The notes below the pieces were generated by a model. It had not been told where the DNA came from and ran no database searches. It saw only the letters and a program-made list of their open reading frames with translations. This document shows, piece by piece, positions 24,636-31,714 of a stretch of 35,576 nucleotides of DNA. This DNA comes from a virus: IMG/VR virus record IMGVR_UViG_3300029310_000030, positions 1 through 35,576 of that record; one strand, written 5' to 3'. Every line of letters starts with the position of its first letter. Position 1 is the stretch's first letter. The translations under genes and the position numbers were made by a program.

Positions 24636-25238
24636 ATGAATGAATATGAAAAAAGAGTGGCAAAGGTTTTAGAGATGGCACGATTCAAAGCCGGTATCAG
24701 TCAGGAAAGACTTGCCAAGCGGATGGGCGTAAGTCGTCCCACCATTGCGGGCAAAGAGCAAGGAACATCCCCCGCCTCACTGGCAGATATCATCAGCTGG
24801 TGCGTGTCGTGCGGGGTTCCGGCCAAACGCTATACCGATGCCTGTGTCCATCCTGGTCTGCTGGAGTACCTGGAAGACGGCATCGGCACAGAAGAAAAGC
24901 GGCAGATCTTACACGGGCTGGTTGACGATATGTCCAGCTATGAGGTCGATGGATGGCTGTATCTCTACTATGGCGACCACGGCTCAGATCCACTGGGCGT
25001 GCTGACAGAGGTGCTGGCCAACTTGCACACTCCGCTGCGCGACCGTGTGACGATCGTAAACGCTATAATCGGGCATTATAAGATGGCGCAATCGACAGAC
25101 ACAGACCCGGACCCAAACGGGACGCAGCCGGTCATGCCGATTGTGCAGCAAGCCAGTCAGTGCGGTACTGAAGCTGCCCGCCGCGGTAGTGACGTTTACT
25201 CAGCACAGTTGGAGGTAGATAAAGATGGCAAGGGCTAA
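24636..25238 (+). CDS. XRE-family HTH protein with a C-terminal domain, about 200 aa (start trimmed to MNEYEK...)
   Basis: HTH segment ISQERLAKRMGVSRPTIAGKEQG. Its 3' end overlaps the integrase start. Confidence 0.6.
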   Translation: MNEYEKRVAKVLEMARFKAGISQERLAKRMGVSRPTIAGKEQGTSPASLADIISWCVSCGVPAKRYTDACVHPGLLEYLEDGIGTEEKRQILHGLVDDMSSYEVDGWLYLYYGDHGSDPLGVLTEVLANLHTPLRDRVTIVNAIIGHYKMAQSTDTDPDPNGTQPVMPIVQQASQCGTEAARRGSDVYSAQLEVDKDGKG

Positions 25239-26403
25239 AAAGGGAATCCGGCCAGACGGTCTGTATCAGTGCCGCCGGGTCATGCCGGATGGAAAAAAGA
25301 AGTCCTTTTACGGTCACAGCAAAACGGAAGCCGAGGGAAAGTATAAAGAAGCTCTGAAAAAGTGGGAAGAGGAACACCCACAAAAAGGTAAAAGCAACAC
25401 GGTAACTTACAGGCAGGCGGTTGCGGCCTACCATGACTACATCACCGGGCCTGCAAAGCCGGTGCGCCGCGGTACAATCACCTCATATCAAAAGCACCTG
25501 GGCCCCACCAGCGAGTACTTCGGGGATGCCTTGATGGAGGACATCGACGCTCAAAAGGTAAAGGAGTATCTGGACATCCTTGCCGCAGAGGGTAAAGCAA
25601 AAAAGACAGCCATCAACGCGCGATCAGTTATCAGCTGCGTTTTTGAGTATTGGTGCAACTACCTGCACGGCACTGGGAATCCGGTGCGGAATGCTCATAT
25701 CCCCAAAAAGATGCCGGTAACGGAGCGGCAGGAGCCCACAAAAGAGCAGCGGCAGCTGATTGAAGCTCACCCAGAGGGATGCGGTTTCTGGGCGGCACTC
25801 TTCGAGTATACTGGTATGCGCATGGGCGAGGCCAACGGCCTGCGCTGGAAAAACGTTGACTTTGCCGCCGGAAAGATCACGCCAGAGCAAGCTATGCCCT
25901 GGGATAAAAATCACCCCTACAAAGAAGAGCTGAAAACGCTCAAGGCCTACCGGTCAATCCCCATCCTCAACAAATTTCGGCCCATGCTGGAAGAGGCTGC
26001 AAAAGGCCACGATCCAGATGACTATGTCCTGTCGGGAGAGAAAGAACCCCTCAGCCAGTCCCAGTACGAGTGGCGCTGGGCGATTTACTGCCGGGGCCTG
26101 GGTCTGGCCGTCAAGCAGGAGAAGCACTCCAAAATCAAGGGCCAGCCAGGAAAAATCCGAACATACTACAAATGGAAAGCACTTGTCACGGCGCACCAGT
26201 TCCGGCACCTTTATGCGTCGAACCTCTTTTATGCTCAAGTGCCGGACAAGGTGGCGCAAAAGCTTTTGGGCCACGCAGACATCTCTACCACCCGCCGCAT
26301 TTATCAGCATCTGCGTGAGGATGAGGACATGAAATACACCGACATGCTCAACGCATATATCGACGGGCAGGATAAAATCCCAAGTGATAATGTTGGTAAA
26401 TGA
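25225..26403 (+). CDS. int: Tyrosine integrase, 392 aa
   Basis: Catalytic-type motifs TGMRMGEANGLRW, HQFRH and LLGHADISTTRRIY. Lies next to attP. Confidence 0.9.
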   Translation: MARAKKGIRPDGLYQCRRVMPDGKKKSFYGHSKTEAEGKYKEALKKWEEEHPQKGKSNTVTYRQAVAAYHDYITGPAKPVRRGTITSYQKHLGPTSEYFGDALMEDIDAQKVKEYLDILAAEGKAKKTAINARSVISCVFEYWCNYLHGTGNPVRNAHIPKKMPVTERQEPTKEQRQLIEAHPEGCGFWAALFEYTGMRMGEANGLRWKNVDFAAGKITPEQAMPWDKNHPYKEELKTLKAYRSIPILNKFRPMLEEAAKGHDPDDYVLSGEKEPLSQSQYEWRWAIYCRGLGLAVKQEKHSKIKGQPGKIRTYYKWKALVTAHQFRHLYASNLFYAQVPDKVAQKLLGHADISTTRRIYQHLREDEDMKYTDMLNAYIDGQDKIPSDNVGK

Positions 26404-26445
26404 TTGGTAATTTTAGAAATAGTATCGATTTTATGAGAATTAAAT

Positions 26446-26472
26446 GGGGTTCGAGTCCCCTCCCTCGCACCA
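26446..26472 (+). other. attP core candidate: 3' fragment of a Leu-type tRNA (T arm plus acceptor 3' strand plus CCA)
   Basis: GGGGTTCGAGTCCCCTCCCTCGCACCA resembles the 3' end of bacterial tRNA-Leu (...GGGGGTTCAAGTCCCCCCCCTCGCACCA in E. coli). No 5' half of the tRNA is present. It lies 43 bp after the int stop. Confidence 0.65.
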
Positions 26473-26477
26473 CATGA

Positions 26478-26527
26478 AAAATAGCGTAGAATCTTGTTTT
26501 TGAAGATTCTACGCTATTTTCTTTTAC
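26478..26527. terminator. Bidirectional rho-independent terminator
   Basis: 15-bp perfect stem ATAGCGTAGAATCTT / AAGATTCTACGCTAT, flanked by a T-run on the plus strand and an A-run (T-run on the minus strand). Confidence 0.7.
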
Positions 26528-26539
26528 TTTTTCACTCGC

Positions 26540-26605
26540 GGATACTAACAGATACTCACGGATACTAACGCATTTTAACGGTTCAAAGTTGGTAAAAAGT
26601 TGGTA
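26540..26605. repeat. Putative integrase arm-type sites: GGATACTAAC x2 plus GATACTCAC, and AGTTGGTA x2 (TTGGTAA also at 26393 and 26404)
   Basis: Direct repeats read at 26540-26549, 26551-26559, 26560-26569, 26587-26594 and 26598-26605. TTGGTAA copies lie on the other side of the core. Confidence 0.5.
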
Positions 26606-26611
26606 GTGCCA

Positions 26612-27115
26612 TTATTTATCTGCCGGGATGGTCTCCCAGTAGGCAACAAGCTTGTCATCTACTGCATCATCGTCGTGGAGGAAAGCTGCTGCCATATCGG
26701 CATAAAAAGGCGGTGTATCCACGCCATGCTCTCTTGCTACGTCGCAGTAATCGCTGTACATCATGCACAGGGCAGCCCAAAAGTCGATAGAGTTGCAGCT
26801 GATTTTCCGCTGTGTCATAAGCTGGAAAGCCCCCTCATAGGCCCAGTGCGGGCCGGTGGTACCGTCTGCATTTTTCATGGAAGCCGTCCACTTTTTGGCC
26901 TGATCCATAGTCAGGTGCCCCGTACTGGTGGTGGACATAGCTTTTTCTTTACTGACGTGAGCCGTGCCCTCGGCAGGTGTAAGAGCGTCCAGACCGCAGA
27001 TGCTTTCTATCAGCTTGTGGGAGTTTTCGAGGTCACACACGCAAAAGGTATCTTTTGCGGCGATATCATCCAGCTCTTTCCACATCCGCTCACGCAGCTT
27101 GACCAGATGGCTCAT
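26612..27115 (-). CDS. Cassette gene E: hypothetical protein, 167 aa
   Basis: Protein-like ORF (…NADGTTGPHWAYEGAF…MMYSDYCDVAREHGV…). Preceded by a G8 tract acting as an SD-like element. Confidence 0.6.
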   Translation of the reverse strand: MSHLVKLRERMWKELDDIAAKDTFCVCDLENSHKLIESICGLDALTPAEGTAHVSKEKAMSTTSTGHLTMDQAKKWTASMKNADGTTGPHWAYEGAFQLMTQRKISCNSIDFWAALCMMYSDYCDVAREHGVDTPPFYADMAAAFLHDDDAVDDKLVAYWETIPADK

Positions 27116-27130
27116 AAGAGCACCCCCCCC

Positions 27131-27532
27131 TTACAGCTTCTCCACGGCCACGGCCATATTGTTTACCACGGCAGCAGTGCCGGTCAGCAGGAAGCTCAAG
27201 ATAGAGCTTTCACAGCCGCACGGATTGCGCACCAGGAAAGTCAGCGCCAGATTGGTCGGTGCGGCTGCAGCGGCCACAGTCTGAGAAGCGGTAGCACCGA
27301 TGACAGCCACGCCGTCCTTCTGGCCGGTCAGGGTCACGGTACCCGCTGCCGTGGGGGCCAGTGTAGCAGACACGGTCACATGGTAGTAGCCCTGGCCCAG
27401 CAGGGTGATGGTGTTGCCGTCCTGCCGAATGTTGCAGCCAAACCGCCGGGAAGTGGTGCCGATAGGGATAATATCGTTTACCGCCACGGTCTGGGCCGAG
27501 GTGTTGGCGGTATAAATTGCGGATTTAGACAT
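27131..27532 (-). CDS. Cassette gene D: BclA-C / DUF3992 (BxpB/Ena)-like beta-sandwich protein, 133 aa
   Basis: Alternating beta-strand pattern (...GNTITLLGQGYYHVTVSATLAPTAAGTVTLTGQKDGVAVIGA...LTFLVRN...VVNNMAVAVEKL) recalls TNF/C1q-like exosporium domains. AAGGAGA RBS. Confidence 0.45.
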   Translation of the reverse strand: MSKSAIYTANTSAQTVAVNDIIPIGTTSRRFGCNIRQDGNTITLLGQGYYHVTVSATLAPTAAGTVTLTGQKDGVAVIGATASQTVAAAAAPTNLALTFLVRNPCGCESSILSFLLTGTAAVVNNMAVAVEKL

Positions 27533-27608
27533 AAAAAATCTCCTTTCTTATATAAAAGGCGGAGCAGCCTTTGCCGCCCCGCCAAACCTCGCCAAAAGGG
27601 CGTATGTG

Positions 27609-28250
27609 TTAGATGTTGCCGCAGCCATTATTGCAGCCGCAGAAGGGGCTCGGGCCCGCATTGTAGGAGTAGCCGTTGGGGTACTTCACAACGCCGTACA
27701 TCTGGGAAGCCAGCTCCAGCTGGCTGATCCTCTGATTCTGGGCCGCAATGGTCTGCTCATACTGCTGCTTCTGGAGCTCGGCAAACTTCGCGTCGATGTT
27801 GGAGTTGATCGCGCAGGTCTGCTTGTCCATCTGGGCTGCCAGGTTGGCAGTCGCCAGCCGGTTGTCGCAGCAGCACTGTGCGAGCTGTGCCTGGATGCCG
27901 TTGCCGGTCTGCAGGATGGTGGTGTTGGTGCCTGCCTGAGCCAGAGCAACTTCTTTGCCCAGCTGGCCGATGCTTCCCTGCATCTCATAGCCGAGATTAC
28001 AGATACCGTTGCCGACGTTGGTCAGCCGGTCATTCAGCTGGCCGAACTGCTGGCCATAGAGGATCTCCTGCTGGCTTGCTGCAGTGGCATACTGGCCGTA
28101 CTCGCCGGTGCGGTTGCCCCACATGCCGTTACCGCCCATAAAGACGAACAGGAAGAGGATGATGATCCACCACGCGCCGCCCTGGCCCCAGCCGTCGTTA
28201 TCGTTGCCACGGGTCACGGCAGCGATATCGCTCAAAGACATGTTATCCAT
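27609..28250 (-). CDS. Cassette gene C: N-terminal TM helix, Q-rich coiled coil, Cys-rich C-terminus, 213 aa
   Basis: TM helix AWWIIILFLFVFMGG. Heptad-like Q/L-rich middle. Eight Cys, including CCC and a terminal CGCNNGCGNI. Confidence 0.6.
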   Translation of the reverse strand: MDNMSLSDIAAVTRGNDNDGWGQGGAWWIIILFLFVFMGGNGMWGNRTGEYGQYATAASQQEILYGQQFGQLNDRLTNVGNGICNLGYEMQGSIGQLGKEVALAQAGTNTTILQTGNGIQAQLAQCCCDNRLATANLAAQMDKQTCAINSNIDAKFAELQKQQYEQTIAAQNQRISQLELASQMYGVVKYPNGYSYNAGPSPFCGCNNGCGNI

Positions 28251-28310
28251 AGTTGATTTCCTTTCTTGCGAATAGTGAAATTATTTCAAATCGTGGCCAC
28301 GATTTTTCGA

Positions 28311-28538
28311 TTACTTGATGAAAGGCATGATCTGCTTTGCCATCGCTTCCAGCTGGTGGTACTGCTCATCTGACATCTTACCGGACTTGCGCAGCTCTTC
28401 CACCTGCTTTTGGGGATCTCCCTGGAAAGCGGAGCGGAACTGCTGAAACTGCCGGAGAAGCTGCATCATGTTGCCCAGAGGGCCGGGAAAGCCGGACGGC
28501 GCACTGCCACCCAGAAACTGCATCAAAGGATTTGCCAT
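28311..28538 (-). CDS. Cassette gene B: small Q-rich helical protein, 75 aa
   Basis: AAGGAGGG RBS inside the end of gene A. Sequence MANPLMQFLGG...LLRQFQQFRSAFQGDPQKQVEELRKSGKMSDEQY... Confidence 0.55.
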   Translation of the reverse strand: MANPLMQFLGGSAPSGFPGPLGNMMQLLRQFQQFRSAFQGDPQKQVEELRKSGKMSDEQYHQLEAMAKQIMPFIK

Positions 28539-28541
28539 ACC

Positions 28542-28991
28542 TTAACCCTCCTTTGCCCGTGCGGGCCTTGCAGGAGCCGCCGGGGCCGTCTGATACTGCG
28601 CCATCACGCGCTCCACCTCGGCCTTTACGGCAGCCTGTATCTTCTGATCTGCCTGCGCAGAGGTCAGATACTGCGTCTCTGCCGGTGTCTGCATCGCTGC
28701 CGGATCGATCTTTGTCAGGCGGTAGTATTCGCCGGACGCATAGCCCATCGTGTCTGCCTTTTTGACAGCCATGACAGGCTCGTTTTGCACCATGATCCAG
28801 CGCGTTTCGCCGGGCTGCACCATGACTTTGTCCACATCCGCGATTGTCGGCACCATCGTGAAGGGGCTTTGTCCCCCGCTCTGTGGAGCGGCCTGCTGGG
28901 CCATTTGCTGTTGATACTGGCCTTGCCCAAAGCCCATCGGTGGCATCCCACTGTAAGGGCTCGATTGCCAGCCGCCAAAAGGATATGCCAT
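28542..28991 (-). CDS. Cassette gene A: protein with a G/Q/P/M-rich N-terminus and a globular C-terminal part, about 149 aa (start trimmed to MAYPFGGW...)
   Basis: AAAGGACGGGGAAG RBS upstream of the ATG at 28991. The upstream 56 codons of the ORF-track call look non-coding. Confidence 0.55.
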   Translation of the reverse strand: MAYPFGGWQSSPYSGMPPMGFGQGQYQQQMAQQAAPQSGGQSPFTMVPTIADVDKVMVQPGETRWIMVQNEPVMAVKKADTMGYASGEYYRLTKIDPAAMQTPAETQYLTSAQADQKIQAAVKAEVERVMAQYQTAPAAPARPARAKEG

Positions 28992-29096
28992 AAAGCTTCC
29001 CCGTCCTTTCTTGATCTTGTAGCACCAGTATACCTCTCCCGTATATCCTGAGTGCGCAAGGGGAGTGCAAAGAGTGCGCAAATTTTCAAAAAAGTC

Positions 29097-29125
29097 TTGA
29101 CGTTTACACGCAGTGCGTGTATAAT
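29097..29125 (+). promoter_or_regulatory. Near-consensus sigma-70-type promoter (TTGACG - 17 nt - TATAAT)
   Basis: -35 box at 29097-29102 and -10 box at 29120-29125, about 50 nt upstream of the acidic-protein ATG. Confidence 0.65.
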
Positions 29126-29173
29126 AAGGACAGTGAAAGACACAAGCACGCAGCAACATGGAGGCACAAAATT

Positions 29174-29386
29174 ATGAGAAACGCTATTGAAATCGCCGCT
29201 GACATCCGCAAGTCCGATGTCTGGGATTACGAGCTGTGCACCGAGCTGTGCAAGGCAGCTGACATGGAAGAAGAGTGGGAAGCTGCATCCGCTGGCGATT
29301 ACGACTGGAACGACCCGAATCACGGCCCCTCGTTTGAAGAAGTCGTTGAAGCCGCCGCCGAAAAACTGGGCGTTGAGATCTACTAA
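29174..29386 (+). CDS. Highly acidic small protein, 70 aa (start trimmed to MRNAIEI...)
   Basis: GGAGG RBS. 19 Asp+Glu versus 5 Arg+Lys, counted by hand. Confidence 0.6.
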   Translation: MRNAIEIAADIRKSDVWDYELCTELCKAADMEEEWEAASAGDYDWNDPNHGPSFEEVVEAAAEKLGVEIY

Positions 29387-29390
29387 ATAA

Positions 29391-29436
29391 AAAATCCCCC
29401 GCCCGATGCTTGTTACACCGAACGGGGGATTTTGTG
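29391..29436 (+). terminator. Rho-independent terminator after the acidic-protein gene
   Basis: Stem AAAATCCCCCG / CGGGGGATTTT followed by a T-run. Confidence 0.6.
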
Positions 29437-29496
29437 AAAGACACCTCACACGGAGGTGTGCAACTATCCTATCACACGAAAGAAAGGAAGTCAATC

Positions 29497-29814
29497 ATGT
29501 ATACCAAAGCAGAGCTTTTTTCAATGGCCGCAGAGCAGCCGAAGGAAATCTTTGTCAACAACATTACTCTGAGCGTACCGGATGACACTTCTGACTGCGT
29601 TGATCTGGACGCTGAGAAGGATAGGCTGTCCTCTATCTGGGAGCTGGCGCACTTGTCCATGCGGGAACTGGTCTCACGCACCGGAATGTCGCAGACAGCT
29701 TTTGCAAAGCAGGCGGGCATCCCGCTGCGATCCGTGCAGGACTGGTGCTGTGAAAAGCGTGCGTGTCCGGCATACGTCCGGTTTTTGCTAGCTGAGCATT
29801 ATAATCTGCTATAA
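29497..29814 (+). CDS. HTH DNA-binding protein, about 105 aa (start trimmed to MYTKAELF...)
   Basis: GAAAGGAAG RBS. C-terminal HTH ...MSQTAFAKQAGIPLRSVQDWCCEKRACPAYV... Confidence 0.55.
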   Translation: MYTKAELFSMAAEQPKEIFVNNITLSVPDDTSDCVDLDAEKDRLSSIWELAHLSMRELVSRTGMSQTAFAKQAGIPLRSVQDWCCEKRACPAYVRFLLAEHYNLL

Positions 29815-29972
29815 CCTTAACTACGATTGTAGTGTGGGCTGCGGTTTCCGTCATGGAAGCTTTTGCATGATGACCCGGCCCGCACTGGCAGCCACCAGCA
29901 GAAGCGGCCGCACATGCGACGTGGACACTGGCACCACTCCTGGTGACGCATAAAGTGAAGGAAGTGTAAGAG

Positions 29973-30584
29973 ATGCCGCCGAAGAAAAATCACATCGGTG
30001 AAAAACACGGGACGCTTGAAGTCATCGCAGAGGCCCCATCAAGAAAAAGTAAGTCTGGAAACTTGCTAACCTGCTGGAAAGTGCGATGTTCTCATTGCGG
30101 ATGCGAAAAAATCATGCTTTGGGGAAGCATCCGGAACGCAAAATCATGCGGGTGCATCAAAGTGACAGATGTGCCAAAGGAATGCACCTGTAAAAGATGC
30201 GGAAAATCTTTTACAGGAAATATGTTTACCGTTTACTGCCCAGAATGCAAAGAAGTCATAAAAGAGTTGCACGGCGTAAAAGGGAATTCGTGTTTTTCTT
30301 TTGAAACAGTCTGTATTGACTGCGGCGCGCATTTTGTTGCAGGCTCAAAAAAAGCTCTCCGATGCCCTGAGTGTAGAAAAAAAGCCAAAAGAGAAAGCAA
30401 TCGTCTTTGTGCTCAGAGACGAAAAAACGGGACAGCAAGAAGGCTTGGAGAAGCATACTCGTGTGCTGACTGTGGGAAGCCTTTTATCTTAAAAAATGGA
30501 TTTCAAAAGTACTGTCCAGACTGTGAGCCGAAGCACAGCATACAATCGTGGAAAGAGTATAAGGAAAAATACGCAAAAAAGTAA
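29973..30584 (+). CDS. Multi-zinc-ribbon protein, 203 aa
   Basis: Four CxxC...CxxC pairs (CSHCGC..SCGC; CKRCG..CPEC; CIDCG..CPEC; CADCG..CPDC). Basic composition. The DNA segment is A/T-richer than its surroundings. Confidence 0.6.
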   Translation: MPPKKNHIGEKHGTLEVIAEAPSRKSKSGNLLTCWKVRCSHCGCEKIMLWGSIRNAKSCGCIKVTDVPKECTCKRCGKSFTGNMFTVYCPECKEVIKELHGVKGNSCFSFETVCIDCGAHFVAGSKKALRCPECRKKAKRESNRLCAQRRKNGTARRLGEAYSCADCGKPFILKNGFQKYCPDCEPKHSIQSWKEYKEKYAKK

Positions 30585-30631
30585 AAATCCCCGGTGCTCC
30601 GCATGGATGGAGTACCGGGGATTTATTTTTA
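30584..30631. terminator. Bidirectional rho-independent terminator between convergent genes
   Basis: Stem AAAATCCCCGGT / ACCGGGGATTT followed by ATTTTTAT. Confidence 0.65.
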
Positions 30632-31025
30632 TGTGTTTGATTCAAGTGCTGAAAGTACCACTTTCAGCCGGTAGCATACCGCCCTACGGCTGTAATGCGT
30701 CTGTGCTGCAATGTCCGGCAACGGAAGCCGCTCAACGTACCGCAAAAGAGCTATCTTACGGTCAACCCTCCCAAGCGGTGCGTTTTTGATGGCGGCGGTC
30801 ATCTGCTGTCGGTCAAGCCCTTGCAGCACAGCGGGCAGCACTACACGAGCCGCCGCCACAGGCAGCACCGAGCCAAAAAGGCTGCGGCAGCTGTCCGGAG
30901 TTGCGCTTTTCCGCGCGTCTCGTTGCGCGATTCGCGCTTTTCAAGCGTTTTGCGCCATGCCGATCGAGAAAAATCGGATAAGCTCGCTGATCGTAAAAGT
31001 ATCGGTCGTATGTAGTGCTTGCCAT
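30629..31025 (-). pseudogene. Sigma-70 region-4 / ArpU-like regulator split across two overlapping frames (30813..31025 and 30629..30868)
   Basis: The C-terminal frame encodes ...DRKIALLRYVERLPLPDIAAQTHYSRRAVCYRLK... (r4-like HTH) but has no RBS or ATG of its own. The N-terminal frame starts at an ATG and overlaps it in the adjacent frame. Confidence 0.45.
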
Positions 31026-31035
31026 GATATCCTCC

Positions 31036-31374
31036 TTACTGCCTTTCCAGTGCCGCTTTCATGCGGTCAAAGAAAAACTGAATCACGGTGCCAATGGTCT
31101 CATCGGTGATGGCCCACGAGATGAATTTGCCCCACTTGCTGGCGCTGAGGGCCGTGCGGAGCATCTGCGCCACCCACGCCTTGCGCTCTGCGCCTCTCTT
31201 GGTGCCCTGAATCTCGTGCTCTGCCTGCTCGATCAGGTCAAGGACAGTGCCCTTGACAGCGGCACCATAGCCCAGCCGGATGCAGCCCAGTGCGTAGAAC
31301 GCAAAGCCGCCCAGCATGAGCACAAGGGCCAGAGGGGCAGGAAGTGCGGTCAAAAGGTTACGAATCGCTTCCAT
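31036..31374 (-). CDS. LL-H-type holin-like membrane protein, 112 aa
   Basis: N-terminal TM helix (LALVLMLGGFAFYALG) followed by a helical ...KAWVAQMLRTAL... segment. Lies in the lysis module. Confidence 0.5.
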   Translation of the reverse strand: MEAIRNLLTALPAPLALVLMLGGFAFYALGCIRLGYGAAVKGTVLDLIEQAEHEIQGTKRGAERKAWVAQMLRTALSASKWGKFISWAITDETIGTVIQFFFDRMKAALERQ

Positions 31375-31392
31375 GATGATTGGTTACTCCTT

Positions 31393-31710
31393 TCAGTCGC
31401 AGATGGGCAGCGCTTTGGCCCGGTTATACAGCTCCGTGCCGGTTCCGTTGCCGCCCAGTGCGTGATAGCTTTTGTAAAGATATTCGAGGTTTTTCAGGCC
31501 ACCGGTGTCAATGCTGCCCTGCTTGATGTAGAAGGTGCAGGACTGGTATAGGCGGTCGTGCATGATGGCCAGCAGGCCTTCTTTCACGGCCTTGCGCTCC
31601 TCTTCCTGTGCCTTGATACGCTTTGACAGACCACGATAGGTAGCGGCCAGAACGCCGGTGATGCCGGTAAAAATGAGTTCTCCGATGTGCTTCAGGATAA
31701 ACTCCCACAT
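31393..31710 (-). CDS. Putative holin / lysis membrane protein, 105 aa
   Basis: N-terminal TM helix (IGELIFTGITGVLAATY). Immediately downstream of the endolysin. Confidence 0.45.
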   Translation of the reverse strand: MWEFILKHIGELIFTGITGVLAATYRGLSKRIKAQEEERKAVKEGLLAIMHDRLYQSCTFYIKQGSIDTGGLKNLEYLYKSYHALGGNGTGTELYNRAKALPICD

Positions 31711-31714
31711 GGGC

